64,000 bases of DNA from Cladosporium halotolerans (GCF_011745625.1 NW_027191464.1:248001-312000), one strand, 5' to 3'; counted from the first letter of the stretch, positions 1-11,999 are shown. Program-made: numbers and translations. The notes: generated from the sequence alone by a model not told the origin.

Positions 1-30
1 TGCCGATGTGGAGGACGTGCACACATCGTG

Positions 31-2283
31 CTAGGTACTTCGCGGGTCGCGCTCGAGCAGGCTTGAGCACTGTATGGGCGAGCCCGTGAGGCCGGTCGTT
101 GTGACCATTAGAGCCGGAGGAGCTTGGGGAGCGCCACCGCCGGTTACGACGGCCCGCTTCTCAGGCAGCGGCTCGTCCTTCATGCACGCGTTCTCCAGCA
201 TGTTCGTCCACTTGCCGCTGGTGCCGGCGTGACTGTGCTTGAGGTGCTGGCGGAAGTGGTCGGCGCGGAAGAACTTCTTGGCTTTGTTGCACTCGCCGAA
301 CTTGTGGACGTGGTTGAGGTGCTCCGCGCGTTGGTCCCAGCGCGGCGGGTTCTGGAACTCCTCGCCGCAGTAGCCGCAGACGTCTGCACCGCTGCCGGTT
401 ACAGATTGATGGAAGGCGGCTTCTGGGCCGGCGAGGGCGGCGCATGACCAGGAATGACGACGCAGGTGAAGGGAATTTTGGTGTCGCTCGGCTTCATTCT
501 TGTTCTTGAAGCGATTCGGACAGTAGGCGCAGCTATATTGCTTCTCGGACTCGTGACTCCTGCGAATAGTCAGTGATTGTACCTTCGAAGATATGTGGCA
601 CGCCTGAAGCTCACCTCAGCTCTTCCTCGCTGTCGAACTTTTTGGGCTTCTTCGGGCAACACTCGCAGATGTACATGCCCCTCAGCTGCGACAAGCTACT
701 TTGGCGGGAGTGCGGAGCGCTATCTGGTCCCGAGCTATGAGCCCCACCTTGGGTACTGCTGGATAGGGTTCGACCGTGGTGGGGGTTAGGAAGGATCGGA
801 CTAGGCTTGAGCGATTGGTCGCTGCCAGAAGGAGTCCTAGCTCGTAGCTCTGGGTCGATAGCGGGAGACATCATGCCGGGTGAAATGCGACCAGAAGCAT
901 AGCTGGTGGCGCTGCTGGGGACGCTCGGGATGCCGAGAGACGAACCGAATGAGCCGTGTCGAGGTGCGTAAGAAGATGCCGAAGACAGTGAGGAGTGGCT
1001 TGGCTGGAATCGTGCGACAGGGGAGCCACGCTCCGGAAGTTGGTGAAGTGAACGACGGTTGTAGGCATCAGTCTGACCGGATGCGCTGCTGACAGACGAA
1101 CGTTCGTCGTAGTATAGCTCCCTTGGCGGCGAAGATGCTCGTCGCTTGGTCCCGGCCTTAGCGCCGTTTGAAGATTCGTCTGAGAAGCCGGAAGGGCTGC
1201 GGTCGTGAATATGTAGGTTGCCCATGCGAGATTCCTCCATGGGGAAGTCCTCGTTCGCGTACATTGTGTTGTCGTAGCTGCCGCGATGAGACGATGAAAG
1301 GCTCCCATTGCGCGTATGTAGTCGGCTTGAGTCTGCAGGCCCGTGCTCCCAGAACCCAGCGAAACCTGGTGATATCGCGCCTGAAGAAGACATGCTTGGC
1401 GGGTAACGAGCATTCGCCGGCGACTCCAATAACGAACTTGGACGTCGCTCGTGAGTTGGGACGGTCAAAGGCCGCAATTGGCTATTTCGTCGTTCGCTTT
1501 CGGCATTTGCAAGTTGCGCTGTTTCTTGCATCCCTGAGCCATACGAAACTGATTGTCTCTTGGAGTCGGGTGTGCTGGGGCCACCAATTCGACTCAACAG
1601 TTGCTTGTCATAAGCTTGCGAAGAGCCTTCGAGCGTGGTTTGTTCCAATCGACGCTCGCTTTGAAGTCTGCTCGCAAAAGAGGTTAGCGGTTGTTACGAT
1701 GAAGGATAAAGTGATGTCTGGGGTCGTGAATGATTGTTTCCTTCGCATATCCCAAAAATTCGGCCGGGCCACTTTGATCGATGACCAGACATCTCCAACT
1801 CCAATTCAAAGCAGCATTCGCAACGAGGCGCACGTACCTGTAACTGGATCCTGTTCGCGAACCTTCATCGTCGCTTTGTTGCTGCGCGTCCGGCATCTCA
1901 TGATCCCGCGCGATTCCAACAACAGTTGACAAGGAACTGCCTCGCCGTCCATCGTCCATGCTGCCGTTTCCTGTGTGCTCAAGCTCTTTCGCATAAAGCG
2001 GGTTCCTCGTTCCCGCACCCAGAAGACTCGATCCAGGCTTCACTGCCGCGGTGCGCCCAAAATTCGAGGAGCTAGGATCGTTGCCCCATTGCCAGCCAGG
2101 ATCCTTGCCGCCGGTGATCTCGGGAATATGTGTGGGCGGTGGCAATGGAGGCGGTGCGCCTTCCTGGGCCTTCGGGATTGGCATTGGCGCGGCGGTGTCG
2201 GGCTGAGAGCCGGGATACGAGGGCGGGCTGGCGTATCGCTGGTGCTCCGAAATGCGAATGGAGGGCGTGGACGTGGGTGACAT
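31..2283 (-). CDS. C2H2 zinc-finger transcription factor (3 exons: 2283-1838, 1667-615, 559-31)
   Basis: Spliced translation joins ORFs 1684..2283 and 611..1648 to a terminal exon not in the ORF track. Introns are 1837-1668 (GTACGT...GCTAAC...CAG) and 614-560 (GTGAGC...CTGAC...CAG). C-terminal fingers: CECC...H, CAYCPNRFKNKNEAERHQNSLH, CGYCGEEF...HLNHVH, FFRADHFRQHLKHSH. Ser/Pro-rich N-terminus; TAG at 33-31. Confidence 0.9.
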
Positions 2284-2606
2284 TGTGAAGGCGAAGGCGG
2301 GCGGTTACGAGGTGGCGAAGGCGGAGCGCCAGTCGTGTGGGCAGCACGGGGTGCGACACACGGTCGAGCTGATGTCCAGGGCGCGAAAGGGCCGCCACAA
2401 GCACCCGGCTGTGGCGAGCAAGACGACGACGAGCTCTACACTCAGCGCTTATGTGCGCCGGGGTGCGCGGCCAGCCAGAGGGGTTGGAGGAGAAGAGTAA
2501 GCCGAAGGCACGCGGCGGGTCATGCGAGCACACGAGCGGCGAACCTTCAGCGGGCGGCGGCACGCAGAGGCGCACGGTAAGGCTGGATAGGGCGTAGGGC
2601 AGTGGA

Positions 2607-2641
2607 AGGGAGGGAGGGAGGGAGGGAGGAAGGGAGGGAGG
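2607..2641. repeat. (GGGA)n microsatellite; CT-rich tract on the - strand upstream of the C2H2 gene
   Basis: gggagggagggagggagggagg...gggagggagg read directly. Confidence 0.8.
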
Positions 2642-3628
2642 AAAGGACAGGCGGAGCGTGAGGGGTGGGTGGGAGGGCGAGGCGGCGGTGGTGGGCAGTC
2701 GAGATCGGGGCCTCGAACAGAGCTGCGGAGTTGCGTAGCGGATGGACAGCGACGAGACGGGCGATTATGGTGCGGAAGAAGAAACAGCGCGGCCGTCCCC
2801 AGCTGCTGGCTCAGCAGATGTCGGCGGCGCACATGCCTGGCAGGCGGCAGGGCGCCCGGAGGCTCTGAGGTGGTGATGGGAGCGTCAATCTGGTCGGCGA
2901 AATGTGGAGAGAGAGCTGCACTGCCTCAATCTTAGCGCGGCAGCTTGTCAGTAGGGAAAAGAGCATCCATGTGCCGCCAACGGCGCTCCCGCCCGCCGCC
3001 TCCCTGCGTGCCCGTGAGCAGTCTGTGAGTTCTGCCACTCACTGCGAGTCTGCCCTGCTGCCCTGCTGGCCCTCTGCCCTGCCCAGCCCTGGCCAGCGCC
3101 GGCGAACGAGTGGCCAGCGGCGCTGCTAGTCGCACTGTACCGTCGCTGCTCACCACCGCTGACCGCGACGAGACCTGCCTCCCTCCCGCGCCGTACGCCA
3201 TCACCACGCCCAGCGAGCGCTGCACCACCGACCGCGCCTCTGGCAGTGCAGCGCGCTCGCCTGGCCGCGCCCATGCACACATCCCATCCTGTCCCAGCCC
3301 ATCCCATGCCGTCGCCTCTGCGCCTGCGCCTGCGCCTGCACCTGCGCTGCACGCGGTGCCCGGCTCCAGGGGTCCAGCCCAGCCAGGCACGGGTGGCCAG
3401 AACCAAGTCTTCACAACCGCCGCACAAGGCCGTCAAGCCCACGCGCCCAGCAGCCCAGCAGCCTTGAGCCCGTTCGCCCGCCGGCCTCAGAGCCTCGAGC
3501 GCGCGCCGCTGCAAGGCTGACCGCAGCGTTGCCGTATGTACGCCAGCCCGTCTGTCACCGGCCTGCCACCTGTGCGATGCTCGCCTGCGCTAGGCTGCTT
3601 GTGTCGCAGCAGGCCGGCCGTCGCGCGG

Positions 3629-3663
3629 GCGTCCAGCGTCCAGCGTCCAGCGTCCGGCGTCCA
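3629..3663. repeat. 7-bp tandem repeat (GCGTCCA) x5
   Basis: gcgtccagcgtccagcgtccagcgtccggcgtcca read directly. Confidence 0.85.
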
Positions 3664-4326
3664 TCGCGGCGATTGACATGCAACCCCACTGGCGCCGTGG
3701 GGTTCCCAGGGCCCGGCAGCCTTGTGTCACTGCCCACGCTTCATTCGCTGGCCGCGAAGCTTCATTCGGCCCTGCTGCTGGGCCTCTTGTCTCGTGCGCC
3801 TGCGGCAAAATTGCCTTCGCCGCCCAACCTTAAACCCCTCGGGCAACGCTCTAGCGAAGTGCGCGAGGCCTGCCTCTTGTCTTTGGGGCAGTGCAAAACC
3901 TCCACATAGGGCTCTGCTGTCCGGCATTGATGAAGATGGGCACGTGCGGTCGCAGATCGGCGCCATGGAGCGCAGCATGAGCTCATCCGCCGTGCCGTGC
4001 TCGTACACATGCGAAGCGCGCCGCCTGGATAACACAAGACCAAGCAACGCCGCACGGGCGGCCTGCAGACTGTGACGGGTATAACGATTGCACACGGCCC
4101 GAGTCCGTCTTCTTGTGCACGCGAACAACGGCGCTGCGATCGGCTGGAGCAGAACGCACCCGGGCATGACTCGCGCGTTGTTTCGGCCAATCGGCGGCGT
4201 CTGCGGCACCTGAGACCTCACGAATTTGACGCTTACCTACAATATGACACGAGCCGAGCGCATCGTCTGAATCACGTCGTATAATACACACAAGCGAGGT
4301 CTGACATAGACACCATTGTCCCCACG

Positions 4327-5771
4327 ATGGCGCTGCTCGACAAAGTCTCGGGCGAGCTGAACCTCTACATCGGCGGGTACGTTGTCCGGTCTCACTCGCG
4401 AGGACCGCCAGACGTCAGCGGACCCGAGCGCCACCAGCGATAGAATCTGATACCGGTCCAGACTGTTCACTCTCCGCCGCAAGGAGTCTCTGCGCCAATC
4501 TGGAATCACCCATGTTCTCTCCGTGTTGAAGCTGCCAGTTGAGCAGGGCCTGTTCGAGGGGTTTACGCACAAGGCCGTTGAAGTAGACGATGTTGAAGAC
4601 GAGAATCTGCTTGAGCATTTCCCAGAATGCAACCGTTTCATTCAGAGCGGTATCGAATCTGGTGGCGGCGTGCTGGTTCACTGGTAAGTGACATCTCGTG
4701 CAGTTCCATCTTCAATAGTTTTCGTCACGAAATGCTTCCCCATTGGCAACTCGAGAGACCCATCAAAATACGGCGAAGACGCAATGGTTCGAGGGCTGAA
4801 GGAACGACATGATCAAGCTCCTTCCAGCATGAGATGCACCACTTCTTCGTGCCGCCAGGATGAGCCCTGCTCATCGCATCTCAACCCACAGTATCCATAC
4901 GAGGGTATCTCTCACGCCAAAATTCAAGGATTCCGGGCATCTGCGCAAGAGCGCCGTGGGGCAACATGCAACATATTTGATGCGCCGTCAAAGAGCTGAC
5001 ATTCCGTCTAGTGCAATGGGCAAGTCTCGTTCAGCAACAGTGACATGCGCCTTCCTCATGCAGAGATACGGTATTACGCCTGATCAGGCCCTTGCACAGA
5101 TCCGCGAAACCAGACCATTCTGCGAACCAAACGACGGCTTCATGAAGCAGCTCGAGCTGTATCACCGCATGGCAGAAACGGACGACATCGAAAACTCCCC
5201 TGTCTACCAACGCTGGCTCTACCAACGTGAGATTGAGATGAGCAGAGCATGCGGCCAAGCGCCAGAAGCAGAGAAAATCCGATTTGAAGACGAGCATGAG
5301 TCGCAAGGCACGTCTGACTTTGAGCTCAAATGCAAGAAATGCAGGTAAGATCTTGGCACCGCCTTACGATGGTCCCGGCTCCTTTACTGACCGGCTGCGC
5401 CAAGACGTCCGTTGGCTACATCTCAGTATCTTACCTCGCATGAACCTCTCCGCAATTCTCCCGGCGAGAAGTCTTCAAACACCTCCGCGGCTTGCGCGCA
5501 TTACTTCCTCGACGCCCTGTCCTGGATGAGGCCTGAGCTGGAACAAGGCAAGCTCGACGGCCGACTTGAATGCCCGAAATGCCAAACGAACGTCGGCAAA
5601 TACGCCTGGCAGGGCATGCAATGCAGCTGCGGAGATTGGGTCTTGCCCGCAATCAGTCTGGCAAAAGGCCGAGTCGACATGGCCAAGACTCGACCAATGG
5701 GATCGGTCGCAGGCGGAATGGGCATTCGAATGCCGCCAGGATCAAGGCCGAGCGGTGGTCAGAACTTGTGA
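4327..5771 (+). CDS. YVH1: Dual-specificity protein phosphatase Yvh1 (60S maturation factor) with C-terminal zinc-binding domain; exons 4327-4376, 4462-4683, 5012-5344, 5405-5771
   Basis: Spliced product: LYIGG, ITHVLSV, DDVEDENLL, catalytic VLVHC-AMGKSRSAT, EPNDGFMKQL, then CKKCRRPLA...CAHYF...GRLECPKCQTNVGKYAWQGMQCSCG. All introns GT-AG with CTGAC/CTGAT branch sites. Confidence 0.95.
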
Positions 5772-6781
5772 TCCTACCATCCTCACAGAGCGCACGACAT
5801 CATGCGCTGGTGTTTTTGGCGGCAACGGCGTGCGAGCTCGGGAGGACGCTTACCTGCGCCGGAAGCGCGATCGCCGGCTCAGCCCTAGTTCGCGATGGGC
5901 TGACATCTAGATGGGTGTCATCCACCTGCCCTACGAATGCACCCCGGCAATAGTATCTCTATGCCACCGCCAGCCTGCCGTCATCTAACACGTCGCCCTC
6001 GGCTTGGCGGCACGCCTGATGGCGCGCATACTGCAGTGTGTGTGTTCGCCCAAGTGCAACATCACTCGTAAAAGCAAGGCTTTTGTGAGATAAAAATCAT
6101 GTCTCCCGTTGACCGAGTCTCGTTCTCGACACTCCGGGCTTGTTGCACGGCGGGCTTGGCTTCTGCTAGCAGCAAGGCCTCCCACGTTAAGCTATCTCCT
6201 GTGCGGTCATACAGGTGCATCTTGTGTTGCACTTCACCGGTGATACTTTGCAAGCTGGTTACAGCTGGGAGACAACGTCGCTGGAATGATTCGGTTCCTA
6301 GGTATCTTGGGTACTGATATCATGCCTGTTCGCAACGTGCCAAGCGTCCATGGACGTCACGTTGTCGCTTTAGAAGACTAGAGCTACGGACAGCAATTCA
6401 TAACATCCCTTCTAAGATCTCAGCTGATCTTCTTGATCCAGCTCCTCGGCTTCGTACCAGTGCAGAAGCAACTCCGGCTTCCATCAGTCGTGCAACTATA
6501 TTACCAAATGTGATGACTACCGTTGGACACGTGATCATAGAGCAAAATCGTCCTCAGGTCTTCAAGTACAATCGATCGAAGAGCGGCCGTGAGAGATGTG
6601 CTCCATCAACTATGACTCGAGCAAGTGTGAGGAAAATATCGCCTCAGAACGTAGACTAAGTCGCCATCTCTCCACATATGCATATTACTATTAAACCGAG
6701 ATCTACAATGTAGGCCAGTCCCCAATGTCATTGGTCCAGGAGTGTCTCCCATTTCACACCACAGCTTCACGACACCCCAAT

Positions 6782-8329
6782 CTAGCTCGCGCTCTTCCCC
6801 CGTCTCCCATCCGTAATCTTCAGCAACCACTGCATGCAAAAGCTGGCCGTAATACTAGCCAACAACATAGCAATCATCACCCACATGCTCCCCAGATACA
6901 CCGGACTCCTGCTCGAATCCCCCTCCCAGCCCGAAAACAGCGCGTAGTTCGTCACCACACTCCCCAAGTTCCCCAACCCAGACACCAGCGCCGACGCCGC
7001 AGCAACGCCAATCTCGCCGTGCCGCGGCTGGAAAATCTCCGCCGTCCACGTCATGGCAATCGGCACCGTAGGCCCCAGCCCAAAACCCACAATCAGCAGC
7101 CCAACATACCTCCCCCATCTCTCCCCGCGCCCGTCCCCCGCGTACGTCGCGATCAGCAGGCCCGCAATCTGCAGCGCCGTCGGCACGCTGAACCACAGCG
7201 CGCGGTGCCGGTGGAAGTGGTCGCTGATGGGCGTGACGCACAGGATGCCGATGAGGTCGCAGATCCAGATCGGCGCGTACAGCAGGCTCAGCTCGACGCC
7301 CGTGAAGCCCGGGTTGATGGCGCGCAGGATCACGGTGCCGTACGACTGCACGCCGTTGCCCACGCCCACGACCCCGAAGTACATCACGAACAGCGGCCAG
7401 AAGCGCCAGTCCACCATGACGGCCCACAGGTCGCGCAGCGTCCAGTCCGCGCTGTGGTAGGCGCCGCTGAGGTCTTGGTAGTGCAGGATCGCGTCCTCGC
7501 CGGTCAGCGCGGGTTTGGTCTCGGGCAGGTGCTTGGTCAGGAAGTTCTTCTTGCGCTGCTCGCCCGGCGCGAGCGGGCGGTCCGGCAGCCACCAGACGAG
7601 CACGAAGCCGAGCACGAGCGTGACGAGGCCCCAGATCAGGAACATCCACTGGAAGCCGACGAGCCCGCCGTCGCCGTCCATCTCCTGGAAGCCCGCGCTG
7701 ACGAGCCCGACGACGGCGGCGGAGACCTGCGAGGCGGTGAAGTACCACCCGATGCGCTTCGCCATGCGGTGCGGCGGGTAGAACATGGTCAGGAAGAGCG
7801 ACATGCCGGGCCACATGCCGGCCTCGACGGCGCCGAGGAGCAGGCGGAGCACGTAGTAGCCGGCGGCGTTCTGCATGCCGACCATGGCGGTGCCGATGAC
7901 GCCGACGCTGATGACGATGCGCGCGAGCCAGACGGAGGGCGAGAGCTTGCTCATGGCGAGGTTCGAGGGGACTTCGAGCACGACGTAGGAGACGTAGAAG
8001 AGCGCCAGGCCGGTCGAGACTTGGTGCGCGGAGAGGTTGAGGCGGGTTCCGAGGTCGTGGCCTTCCTGCGTGTTCATGGTTTGCGCGAGGCCGACGTTGG
8101 AGCGCACGGCGGAGCAGAGGAAGTAGAGGAGCCAGAAGGGAGGGATGATCCGGAGGTCGAGTTTGCGGTACACGCGCTTCGTGCGAGAGGAGTCCATGGG
8201 GCCTTCGAGCGAGACGTGGCGGCCCTCATCTTCGTCGTATTGAGCTTCTTTGTGTTGGTCGTCGTGTTGGGCGGCCCATCGATGGGCATCGACACCCGTG
8301 GCGATGTCTGATTCCGCCATTAATGCCAC
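6782..8329 (-). CDS. MFS transporter, anion:cation symporter (Dal5/Tna1-like) family, single exon, 515 aa
   Basis: KLDLRIIP, FYVSYVVLEVPSN, RLLLGAVEAG, GFQWMFLIWG, WLPDRP motifs; about 12 hydrophobic segments; high GC3. Confidence 0.93.
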   Translation of the reverse strand: MALMAESDIATGVDAHRWAAQHDDQHKEAQYDEDEGRHVSLEGPMDSSRTKRVYRKLDLRIIPPFWLLYFLCSAVRSNVGLAQTMNTQEGHDLGTRLNLSAHQVSTGLALFYVSYVVLEVPSNLAMSKLSPSVWLARIVISVGVIGTAMVGMQNAAGYYVLRLLLGAVEAGMWPGMSLFLTMFYPPHRMAKRIGWYFTASQVSAAVVGLVSAGFQEMDGDGGLVGFQWMFLIWGLVTLVLGFVLVWWLPDRPLAPGEQRKKNFLTKHLPETKPALTGEDAILHYQDLSGAYHSADWTLRDLWAVMVDWRFWPLFVMYFGVVGVGNGVQSYGTVILRAINPGFTGVELSLLYAPIWICDLIGILCVTPISDHFHRHRALWFSVPTALQIAGLLIATYAGDGRGERWGRYVGLLIVGFGLGPTVPIAMTWTAEIFQPRHGEIGVAAASALVSGLGNLGSVVTNYALFSGWEGDSSRSPVYLGSMWVMIAMLLASITASFCMQWLLKITDGRRGKSAS

Positions 8330-9012
8330 GGTGAGGTTCCCTGGCCAGAAAACGAAAGAACGCGACAGGGGAACAGAACGGGACTCATATGTTGAGAAAA
8401 TCGCCGTCTTCGGACTTCGGACGTATGGCGGAGAGTCATCTTATCTGAAAATCTGATCAACATCATGTGGGGCACCTGCAGCAGACCCTCTGGTTCGTCC
8501 GCCGCCCAGACTCCATCTGCTGTAGCGTGACAGCGGCTACGATGCCGAAATGGAGCAGACTCCACAGCATCTACGACAGCAGGACATAAGAAGTCGAATC
8601 TGTCCTGGCTGGGATTGATAGGAGGCGGTCCAGTAGCATCTACTTTCACCGCTCGTAATGTACGTGGAACACCCCAATCTCGCGTCCAAGCGTCGTGACT
8701 ATGGCGACCTGTCCAAAATCCTGCGAGCGGCGCATCTTTCCCAAACAGGCTTGATTCAGCTCGAAGGATTCTTGCGCCTCAGGCCGGGCTCTGCGCCGTG
8801 TCAACTCAGCCTGCGCTCAGCCCGGCGTAGGTGGAGGGTGGAGTGACCACAGCCAAGTGTAGGTAGTAAGCTGTATGCTCTGATGGTGTATAATAAGGGC
8901 AACCCCCTCAATCCTTCCGACTGTAGAAACCAAGTTGATCAAAAAGCCAAAGGTCACATACAGTATTGTCATCCACCCCCGATTCTACCTTCTCAACAAA
9001 CAGCCGCACACC

Positions 9013-9748
9013 ATGTCTACGCCGAGCGATCTGAACGCGTACACCGTCGACTGGAGCTGGAAGAAACTCAGCTTCGACGTCCAAGACAGCAAAGATGACC
9101 GACAGATCATGCTGGGCGACTGCAAGAACTTCACGAAGCCTCACATCAAGTTCACAGGCCCGAACAGCGAGCCCATCGGCTCCGCCTCTTTCCATGTCGT
9201 TTCTATCCATGCCGACTGCGAGGTCCGCGGACGTGCGAAGAAGATTCAGGCGATGAAGCGCTGGACGAGCGAATACACTTACCTTTCCGACGCCTTCGCT
9301 GATGGCGGCCTTCCTGTGGCTATGTATTGGACTTCTTCATCTGGTACGTTGGCTTTCCCTTTGCTGTAACGCGTATAATGCATCCTGACACTCAACAGGC
9401 TTCAAGCACTGGGACTTCATCCTCCTGAACGCCAACAAAGAGCCCGTCGCGCGCTTCCGCAGCAACGTCTGGGCCCTCAAGAAACTCGGTCTCATCGAGT
9501 TCATGGCCGACTACAGCGACCGGACCAAAGAGGAGATCACCATCACCGGCATCACCGTCTACTACAACATGATCTCGCGCGTGAACAACCCTTTCCAGCT
9601 GGGCGGGGCGCTTTTCTCCAAAACGGGACCTCTCGATGCGAATGCCGCGGATGTTCAGATGCAGAATGTTTCAGCTCAGAAGCTCGATGCGAACGCCAAC
9701 GTCAAAACCGATCAACCGACTCCGAGCGACGCTGCAGTCATTCGCTGA
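9013..9748 (+). CDS. Hypothetical fungal protein (beta-rich, possibly tubby/LURP-one-like); exons 9013-9343, 9399-9748
   Basis: ATG in CACC-ATG context; intron 9344-9398 (GTACGT...CTGAC...CAG) joins ORFs 8935..9369 and 9503..9748 in frame (WTSSSG-FKHWDFILL...EPVARF). Coding-like codon usage. The fold assignment is inference. Confidence 0.8.
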
Positions 9749-10810
9749 AGATCTACCGCCAATGTCGCTCAGGCCATAAGGCATTGGAGCCTCATAGCGA
9801 AGCCGTCGGACGGAATCGGTCGCGTCTCCACGCGCCATCGACAGGCGTTTCCAGAGGCCCGAGACTGATTGGCAGACCTCGGATTATGTCAAAGTCCACA
9901 CGGAGAGCGCATAACTAGCGAGCATGCCCCGGAAATCCATTCTGCCAAAGCTTTTGGCGTAGGACGACCTGCTCGACTGGCCCGGAGAAGGTCCCCGGAA
10001 CTCTTGATTCTCTACAAGCGCTGATGCTTTGTTTCGATCATCTCCGGCCGGTGCGTGATTGGTTCTGGGAACAGCGCCTTCGATAGATCCATAATGGTGA
10101 AGCTAAGTGCTTAGGACTTCATTGGTCGATAGGTGACTGCGCTGCGGTCAAGAGGGTGAGGTGCGCGCTTGCGAAGCGAAAACGGCCTCCATGTCGCAGA
10201 TATCTGGAGATACAATCAATTTCAATGGATTCAAGTCTCTCGCCAATTCATTGATCAACCCAATCAACAGGAAAGTGCCATGTGCAGCTTCAGCCACGTC
10301 GAACGTCGTTATTCCTGCAGCGTCAGGTCTTCTCGTGCCACAAGTAACGTGCATTCGTGTTCGCTTACTGTATGCTTGCGTCTCTCGGGGTCATTGTATC
10401 AACAAGGTGCTACCATCGCCTCCAGGACATCTAAACGCGAATTTTGTTCAGAGAGTTCCCAGGTTGACGCGCCATCAGATAAGGGATGGTAGACCATCAT
10501 CGGTATGGAGGCGGCGGCTACAGTATGCACAATACCCCACAGACACGTAGCGTGCACCAATCGCCATGCAGGCAAAGGTATGGTGCTAGTACTGAGGCAT
10601 CTTGCCTTGTCACCTCTTTTCTTTGCAAGAATGGACGACAAAGAAAAGAGGTGACAAGTCCTCTACCATTCTTCTGCTGCCAAAGCTGTTGGCACGCCTC
10701 GCCATTTCCCTCGGCTCCACTAAAGAATCTAAAGCGGCCGGCTGATCGAGGCGACAAAAAACCCTCGGAGAACGCTCAATATCAGCACTCCAAGTGAGAC
10801 GTGAAAGAAG

Positions 10811-11239
10811 ATGGCAGCGACAACTGTACAAGCCAGCGTCGTGATCGAAAAGGGCATTCCTCTCGATTATCAAAAGTACCGCCACACCTCGCTGTACTTC
10901 GAGTTCGCGAACCTGGAACCATCGGCTACCATCCAGGTGATCGGACCGAAGAAGCAGTACATCTTCGAATGCAAGGATGACCACGATCCGACACAAAACC
11001 GGTCCCTCGCGAAGATCGTGGCCCTCGGGTCTCTGGCCGTCGAAACAAACCGCGCCCGCCTCATCCAGATCTTGCAGACCGTCCCTATCAGGAACAGAGA
11101 TTGGGATTTTGATTGTCAGCAGTGGGTGGAGGCGGCGTTGAGCCGCTTGAAGGAGCTGGGCATGTTGACAAGTGAAGCGTATACGAAAGGGCTTGATGGC
11201 ATGGTCGATGCGATCTCGGAGGCGCAAGACGAAGAGTAG
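10811..11239 (+). CDS. Hypothetical protein, 142 aa (resembles the fungal DUF6540-type family)
   Basis: Clean ATG-TAG ORF; RHTSLY near the N-terminus and WDFDCQQWVEAALSRL near the C-terminus. Family name is from memory, not a search. Confidence 0.75.
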   Translation: MAATTVQASVVIEKGIPLDYQKYRHTSLYFEFANLEPSATIQVIGPKKQYIFECKDDHDPTQNRSLAKIVALGSLAVETNRARLIQILQTVPIRNRDWDFDCQQWVEAALSRLKELGMLTSEAYTKGLDGMVDAISEAQDEE

Positions 11240-11256
11240 TTGAGTGCAGTGTGCGC

Positions 11257-11999
11257 CTACGGGCGCTGCCAACGGACTATTGCTTGGTGGACCACGAGTT
11301 CCTTTTTGTAGGATGTATCGAAGACATGTGGAGCGTAGTTCTTCCAGTCGTGGCAATCCGTGCAGCACTCGAAATTTTGACGTATTCCCAATGCTCAGGG
11401 AACCAGCCAGCAAACTCCCAATCGATGATGGCGCGAATCCCCCCGTCCTTGATGATGATGTTCCGCGGGGTGAGATCGCCGTGTGTGAACGTGATGCAGT
11501 GGTCTGATCGCATCTGGGACATCAGACTATCGCGTATAGGCTTCGGGCATTGCGTATAGAGGTTCAGGACGAAAGAATTGAATTCTGTTTCATTCGCGAA
11601 GGGGCCTCCCGTGTGGGAGTCGTACGCTCGGCACTCATGGGCGGGACCGTTGATTCCGCCAATGGCAATCTTTTCCTTTCGGTCTGAGCGCATGAGCGAG
11701 ATATATCGCCCGAGTTGCTGAGCATAAGCGATTTTTTCGCGGTCGGACAGTGTTGGCCATACGTCTTCCAGAAGTTCGCCTCCGACATACTCCATCCGTA
11801 TAGTTCGTGTATCAGAAGAGAACTCAGAGACTGTCGGGACCGGAACGCCCAGCTGTCGCGCATGTCTGAGAGCTTCGAACTCTTCCGCTCGTACCCTAGG
11901 GCCACCCTTAATCAAGCGACCGTCGGCCTGACGGAAACACTGAGTCCGTCCTGATAACTTGTCAGAGAGCAGACTAAAACGTGACTGTTCGAGTTCATG
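11257..11999 (-). pseudogene. Aminoglycoside phosphotransferase/choline kinase-like (APH) gene, disrupted or mis-assembled
   Basis: VPVPTV, MEYVGG, GGPF..E.EFN, FTHGDLTPRNII and IIDWEFAGWFPEHWEYVK motifs. A 1-nt frameshift at about 11374 precedes a family-like tail (FECCTDCHDWKNYAPHVFDTSYKKELVVHQAIVRWQRP*). There is no in-frame ATG between the first kinase residues and an upstream TAG near 12000. Confidence 0.75.

Noticed and set aside
2900..4300. Many overlapping 70-190 aa ORFs in the C2H2/YVH1 divergent region
   Set aside because: GC-rich low-complexity promoter DNA; no codon bias, motifs or consistent splice structure.
4684..5011. TPP riboswitch in the YVH1 intron
   Set aside because: The conserved TPP aptamer segments (CUGAGA, and the CCUGAU...GCGUAGGGA-type 3' half) are absent, and the host gene is unrelated to thiamine.
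6508..6620. C-box-like TGTGATGA (similar motifs near 25907 and 30600) as C/D snoRNAs
   Set aside because: No suitably placed CTGA D box with a terminal stem was found.
6725..8311. Long antisense ORF (528 aa), and likewise 18211..19746, 23394..24812, 31393..32592, 45137..46138, 52665..54047 and 58652..59821
   Set aside because: Shadow ORFs opposite genes with strong GC3 bias; no recognisable motifs, and the opposite strand carries clear family signatures.
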